From NCBI GenBank assembly GCA_033764315.1, contig JANRJA010000193.1, positions 49,119 to 113,118 of the forward strand: a stretch of DNA of 64,000 nt. The letters run 5' to 3'. Source of the DNA: Oculatellaceae cyanobacterium bins.114 (GTDB lineage: Bacteria; Cyanobacteriota; Cyanobacteriia; Elainellales; Elainellaceae). The notes beneath the pieces are model-generated. The model was not told the DNA's origin. It ran no database searches and saw only the letters and a list, made by a program, of their open reading frames with translations. Below, one piece after another: positions 60,594 through 64,000 of this stretch; the first letter of the stretch is position 1, and each line of letters begins with the position of its first letter. The translations under genes and the position numbers were made by a program.

Positions 60594-62066
60594 TTAGCAG
60601 GTTGTGAGTTCAGGTGAGGTAACACGCTCAAGGGTTGAAATGGATTGCAGCAGGGTTCTCGCTAACCGCTGGGCTTGTTCTCGAATTTCAGGAATGGCGG
60701 TTGTCTCCCACAATTCTCCTCGACGGGGTGAACCCAAGGTGTAGAGCCAGTTTAATGGAGTGTGATCGGTTGCAACCAGTGCTCCATTGGGGGCAGTCTT
60801 TAACCCGATCGCCAGTGCGTTGGACTGCACGAAGCCACTTTGTAGTAATTGCTGAATCAACGGATGCGTGAGGTGACGATAATCACCCGTTGATCCGGTG
60901 CAATTCACAACCTTACCTGCTTTTACAGTTGTTAAAGCTGTGCTGCCGCGTTGACACACGATGACATCTACTTCATCTGCTCGTTTTACGTACGCTTGAA
61001 TGCGACCTGCATGAACTTGCAACTGTCCCGATCGCTGCATGTCTTCGAGAATCTGAGCGATCGCTGGAGCCACTCGATGCCGATGAATATCCCAATGGGG
61101 TCGCAGATGGCGTAAGAATCGACGCTTTTCGGTTGGGGGCAAGGATTGCCAAATGGAGTTGGTCAACGGACGCAAGCTATCCATCACCGATCGCCAGTCT
61201 TGCCCGTGAGCCTCTGCCTCTGAGATAGCTTGTCGTATCTGGCGCAAGGCTGTTCGTACTGTCAACCCATTGAGATTGGACTCTAGCCCAGATAACGTTG
61301 CCCGCTGCTTCACTGGAGGCAATGCATGAGCTTGAGGGAGCAATCCCCGACGTGAGATCAGGTGAATGGTGCCGCGATGTCCCTGTTGATGGAGCGCGAT
61401 CGCCCAATCTACAGCGGTTAGCCCTGACCCAATTAACACAACCGATGCATCGGCGGAAAAGGCAGATCGGTCAACCGCAGACCACCCTGAACGGATGTAG
61501 CGATCGCTTTGATAAAAGGATGGATCAGCGATCGCTGGGTCACGCGGTGGAAAGTTGCCCAGTGCCAACACCACTTGAGCCGCTTGTATCGTAGCTCCAG
61601 ATTGCAAAAACACAGTGGCGCGATCGCCGTTTGACTCAAGTGCAACCGCTTCATCGATGACTCGCTCTAACCGCACTCCTGCCGGGGCCGTTGCCTCAGC
61701 TTCAGCCAGCACTGCTTGTACATAGTGCCCATAGAGCGATCGCGGCACAAAACTGTGTGGGTGAAGTTCGCCAGAGTCTGCTTTCGCTGAATTCAAAGCA
61801 CTGCCATCAATCGAAGAGATTTGTTGTGCCCATTGCAAAAAATGGTTCGGTTGGTCGGCAAATGCACTAATTTTGCCCGCTGGAACATTCATCAAATGGC
61901 AGGTCAATGGAGTGCTATAGGCAACTCCACAGCCGACCTTGGGGCGCGGCTCAATCAAATGAATCGTCAGGGGTTGGTGTGCCGTTCGCAGTAAATGAAC
62001 CGCTACCATTGCCCCACTAAAACCACCCCCAATAATGGCGATCGCGGTTGTTGATTGTTGTGACAT
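60594..62066 (-). CDS. FAD/NAD(P)-binding oxidoreductase (YdhS-like; ATG at 62066 or 62093)
   Basis: IIGGGFSG, G.GVAYS, HLMNVPA, GSGLTAVD, W..HRHR, VNCTG, WETTAIPEIR. Confidence 0.88.
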   Translation of the reverse strand: MSQQSTTAIAIIGGGFSGAMVAVHLLRTAHQPLTIHLIEPRPKVGCGVAYSTPLTCHLMNVPAGKISAFADQPNHFLQWAQQISSIDGSALNSAKADSGELHPHSFVPRSLYGHYVQAVLAEAEATAPAGVRLERVIDEAVALESNGDRATVFLQSGATIQAAQVVLALGNFPPRDPAIADPSFYQSDRYIRSGWSAVDRSAFSADASVVLIGSGLTAVDWAIALHQQGHRGTIHLISRRGLLPQAHALPPVKQRATLSGLESNLNGLTVRTALRQIRQAISEAEAHGQDWRSVMDSLRPLTNSIWQSLPPTEKRRFLRHLRPHWDIHRHRVAPAIAQILEDMQRSGQLQVHAGRIQAYVKRADEVDVIVCQRGSTALTTVKAGKVVNCTGSTGDYRHLTHPLIQQLLQSGFVQSNALAIGLKTAPNGALVATDHTPLNWLYTLGSPRRGELWETTAIPEIREQAQRLARTLLQSISTLERVTSPELTTC

Positions 62067-62119
62067 AAAACGTCTCAAAATTTCTCGCTGCATTACACCG
62101 TTCGATTACGTTGCCCCGC

Positions 62120-62665
62120 TTACGCGACTAAGTCATATTGCACAGGCATCTGATTGACTCGCCCTGACTGTGGGCAATAGGTCTGAATGGTTTTTAAGGG
62201 TCGGGCATAGAGATGTAGCGTTACTAAATTTTCGTCAGAAGTATTGGTGAGTTGGTGAATTTGGTGGCGATTGACAGTGGCGATCGCATTTTGTTGTAAG
62301 CGTTCTTCGTCAAGCAACTCTAGACAACATCGGGCTTGAGACGAATCAACCTGCTCAAACGCCCTAGACGTTAACTCGCCTCGATAGACCCGCGTGACAT
62401 TGAGGGAATCAGCATGATCGTGAATCGTGCTGCTTTGCCCCGGTTGCCAGCACAAAATCAACATGTCAAAGCGAGACGTGCGGCAAACCAGAGTCCGGTG
62501 ATAGCTCTGGCTGCAAAAGGCAATGTGGTGCTTGAATAGGTCGTCTTTGAGATCGAGATCGGCAACCCAGGTTTGGAGTTGGCTGACTTGGAGTTGATCG
62601 ATGGGCGATCGCATCGTTTCCAGGATGAAATCATCAATGCCCAGGCGTGTTCTGACCAATTTCAT
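62120..62665 (-). CDS. Cysteine (thiol) dioxygenase family cupin
   Basis: YHRTLV, W.PGQ.S.IHDH, IHQL, TLHLY: 3-His facial triad. Confidence 0.88.
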   Translation of the reverse strand: MKLVRTRLGIDDFILETMRSPIDQLQVSQLQTWVADLDLKDDLFKHHIAFCSQSYHRTLVCRTSRFDMLILCWQPGQSSTIHDHADSLNVTRVYRGELTSRAFEQVDSSQARCCLELLDEERLQQNAIATVNRHQIHQLTNTSDENLVTLHLYARPLKTIQTYCPQSGRVNQMPVQYDLVA

Positions 62666-62995
62666 AGAGTCACCCCCAAATTCATCGACAAAAGTGCATT
62701 ACGGCTCATTGTACTCAATATGAATTCAATTTGTATTTCAATTCATTTGAAATTTATGTCAAATTCAATACAAATACGCATGGATGACGATTCCAGATCT
62801 CCAGTTTCTAAAGATGGAACGAGGCACCCTTTCAGTCAGCTTCAACAAGAAACCGGGGATCTAAACCCTAAATTGGCGACCTCCTTGATCACCCATCTTT
62901 CCTACAACTTTTCTGTCTCTCGCCCTCTGTCTCCTTTTCCCCTTGAGCGATCCTGCTGTAGAGTGTGGAAAACCCCCTCGTGTCCACCATCCAAC

Positions 62996-63787
62996 ATGGC
63001 AAATTCCGCCAACGCCCCGTCTCCCGATTTACTGGATCAACTGATTGAGCACAATTACTTGTGCAAAGGGCTAGACAAAACCTGGTTAGCGAGTTATCTG
63101 CCGATTGACCGCTTGAAATTAGAGAAGCTTTATTCCAATCGGTTGATCTATACTGCTTTTCGCCCTGAAACCTGGTTAGACGGACTTTACCTGATTCTCA
63201 GTGGTGGCCCTATCATCATTCGCAGTGCTCCCCTCGATCGCATCATTGCTCTCAGCTATCCCGGTGGATGTTTTGGGATGCGAAGTTTGCCCATTGGTTA
63301 TGGGTTAGTGGGGCGTGCTTTTCCTAGTCAAGTTGAGGCCTATAAAACTACGAATGTGGTCAAAGTTCCGGTTGATCTGGTGGAAAAGCTTTACGAAAAT
63401 AATGAAACGTTTCGCGATCGCTACGATCTCCTCTTTGAACTGCGAGAAAAGTTTCAATATCATCTGCTCAATTGCAGCACCTATCCCCCACAGGCGGTTG
63501 CAGCATTGCTCCGGGCGTTGATCTATCAAGAGCGCACCTTGGGCAATCAACCTGACCCGACGGGAACCTATGTCTTTGATCTGCCGATTGATATCATTGC
63601 TCGTGTCTGCCAACTCAATCACCGCACAGTGGAACAGGTGCTCAAGGGCATGCAAACCATCGGATTAACAGAAGCCGCAAAGACCAGCGATTTGTCAGCT
63701 GATACAATTCGGGTAATTGACCCAGAGGCGATGAAGGAAACCTATAGCGCCACCCGCGATAAAGTGTCATGGTGGCCCCTACGCTAA
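62996..63787 (+). CDS. Crp/Fnr-family transcriptional regulator (ATG at 62996)
   Basis: cNMP-binding-like LYLILSG..GGCFG; C-terminal HTH IARVCQLNHRTVEQVLKGM..IG. Confidence 0.8.
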   Translation: MANSANAPSPDLLDQLIEHNYLCKGLDKTWLASYLPIDRLKLEKLYSNRLIYTAFRPETWLDGLYLILSGGPIIIRSAPLDRIIALSYPGGCFGMRSLPIGYGLVGRAFPSQVEAYKTTNVVKVPVDLVEKLYENNETFRDRYDLLFELREKFQYHLLNCSTYPPQAVAALLRALIYQERTLGNQPDPTGTYVFDLPIDIIARVCQLNHRTVEQVLKGMQTIGLTEAAKTSDLSADTIRVIDPEAMKETYSATRDKVSWWPLR

Positions 63788-63834
63788 AAGGTTTGTTTGA
63801 GATGGTGTTTGAATCAACCTTACCACCTAAAACA

Positions 63835-63921
63835 ATGTTTATTCAAACCGAAGAGAAAAAAAAATATACTCTCGAAGAGTATTTAGAACTCGAAATTCAC
63901 TCAGAAGAGAGACATGAATAT
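63835..63921 (+). pseudogene. Uma2-family endonuclease 5' part interrupted by a MITE
   Basis: YTLEEYLELE..SEERHEY Uma2 N-terminal signature, broken at the TATA where the MITE begins. Confidence 0.78.
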
Positions 63922-64000
63922 AGCAATCCTAAATGGGTTGTAAGAGTCGCACCCTGGAGGGGTGCGACTCTTACAACCTCCTAATTTCACAAATGATTTA
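63919..64000. mobile_element. TATAGC-ended MITE, inverted relative to the 41471 copy (runs off window)
   Basis: TATAGCAATCCTAAAT...CACAAATGATTTA aligns to the reverse complement of 41471-41563. Confidence 0.85.

Noticed and set aside
62573-62995. N-terminal extension of the Crp/Fnr ORF (404 aa)
   Set aside because: Overlaps the divergent dioxygenase and its AT-rich promoter; ATG 62996 gives a normal-sized protein
1-64000. tRNA/rRNA genes; HIP1 abundance as a novelty
   Set aside because: No cloverleaf or rRNA-like segment recognised by eye; HIP1 over-representation is a well-known cyanobacterial trait and was used only as a marker of native DNA

Overview
Chromosomal window from a beta-cyanobacterium, probably a filamentous Leptolyngbya/Oculatella-like strain. 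This is inferred from form IB rbcL-rbcX-rbcS, abundant HIP1 octamers (GCGATCGC) and heptamer STRR repeats. The core part holds the start of the S10-type r-protein operon (rplC-D-W-B-rpsS), ndhN, ldpA, a ycf45-like ATPase, murG, ndhL, trpA, a CHASE2 cyclase with two DUF928 genes, a ClC-CBS-USP protein, nrrA with a canonical NtcA promoter, grxD/bolA, an S8 protease and rbcLXS plus a Rubisco-activase-like gene. The right half is more accessory. At about 41.4-44.6 kb is a HIP1-free run of co-oriented genes separated by attC-like sites, ending in an antitoxin and a broken mazF-like toxin truncated by an IS630; this is a candidate integron cassette array with no integrase in the window. Next come ureide-catabolism genes, a DUF2997/GrpE-like/Hsp70 module and glnN. 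The window ends with an 11-kb sulfur island: two ssuA, ssuD/E/C/B, a DUF442-like sulfurtransferase, an FAD oxidoreductase, a cysteine dioxygenase and a Crp/Fnr regulator. That island has a duplicated long palindromic operator candidate and a 4x65-bp tandem array. Intergenic DNA holds several MITE/REP-like families, some nested, one of which interrupts a Uma2 gene. All calls are by eye from motifs; no database search was run.
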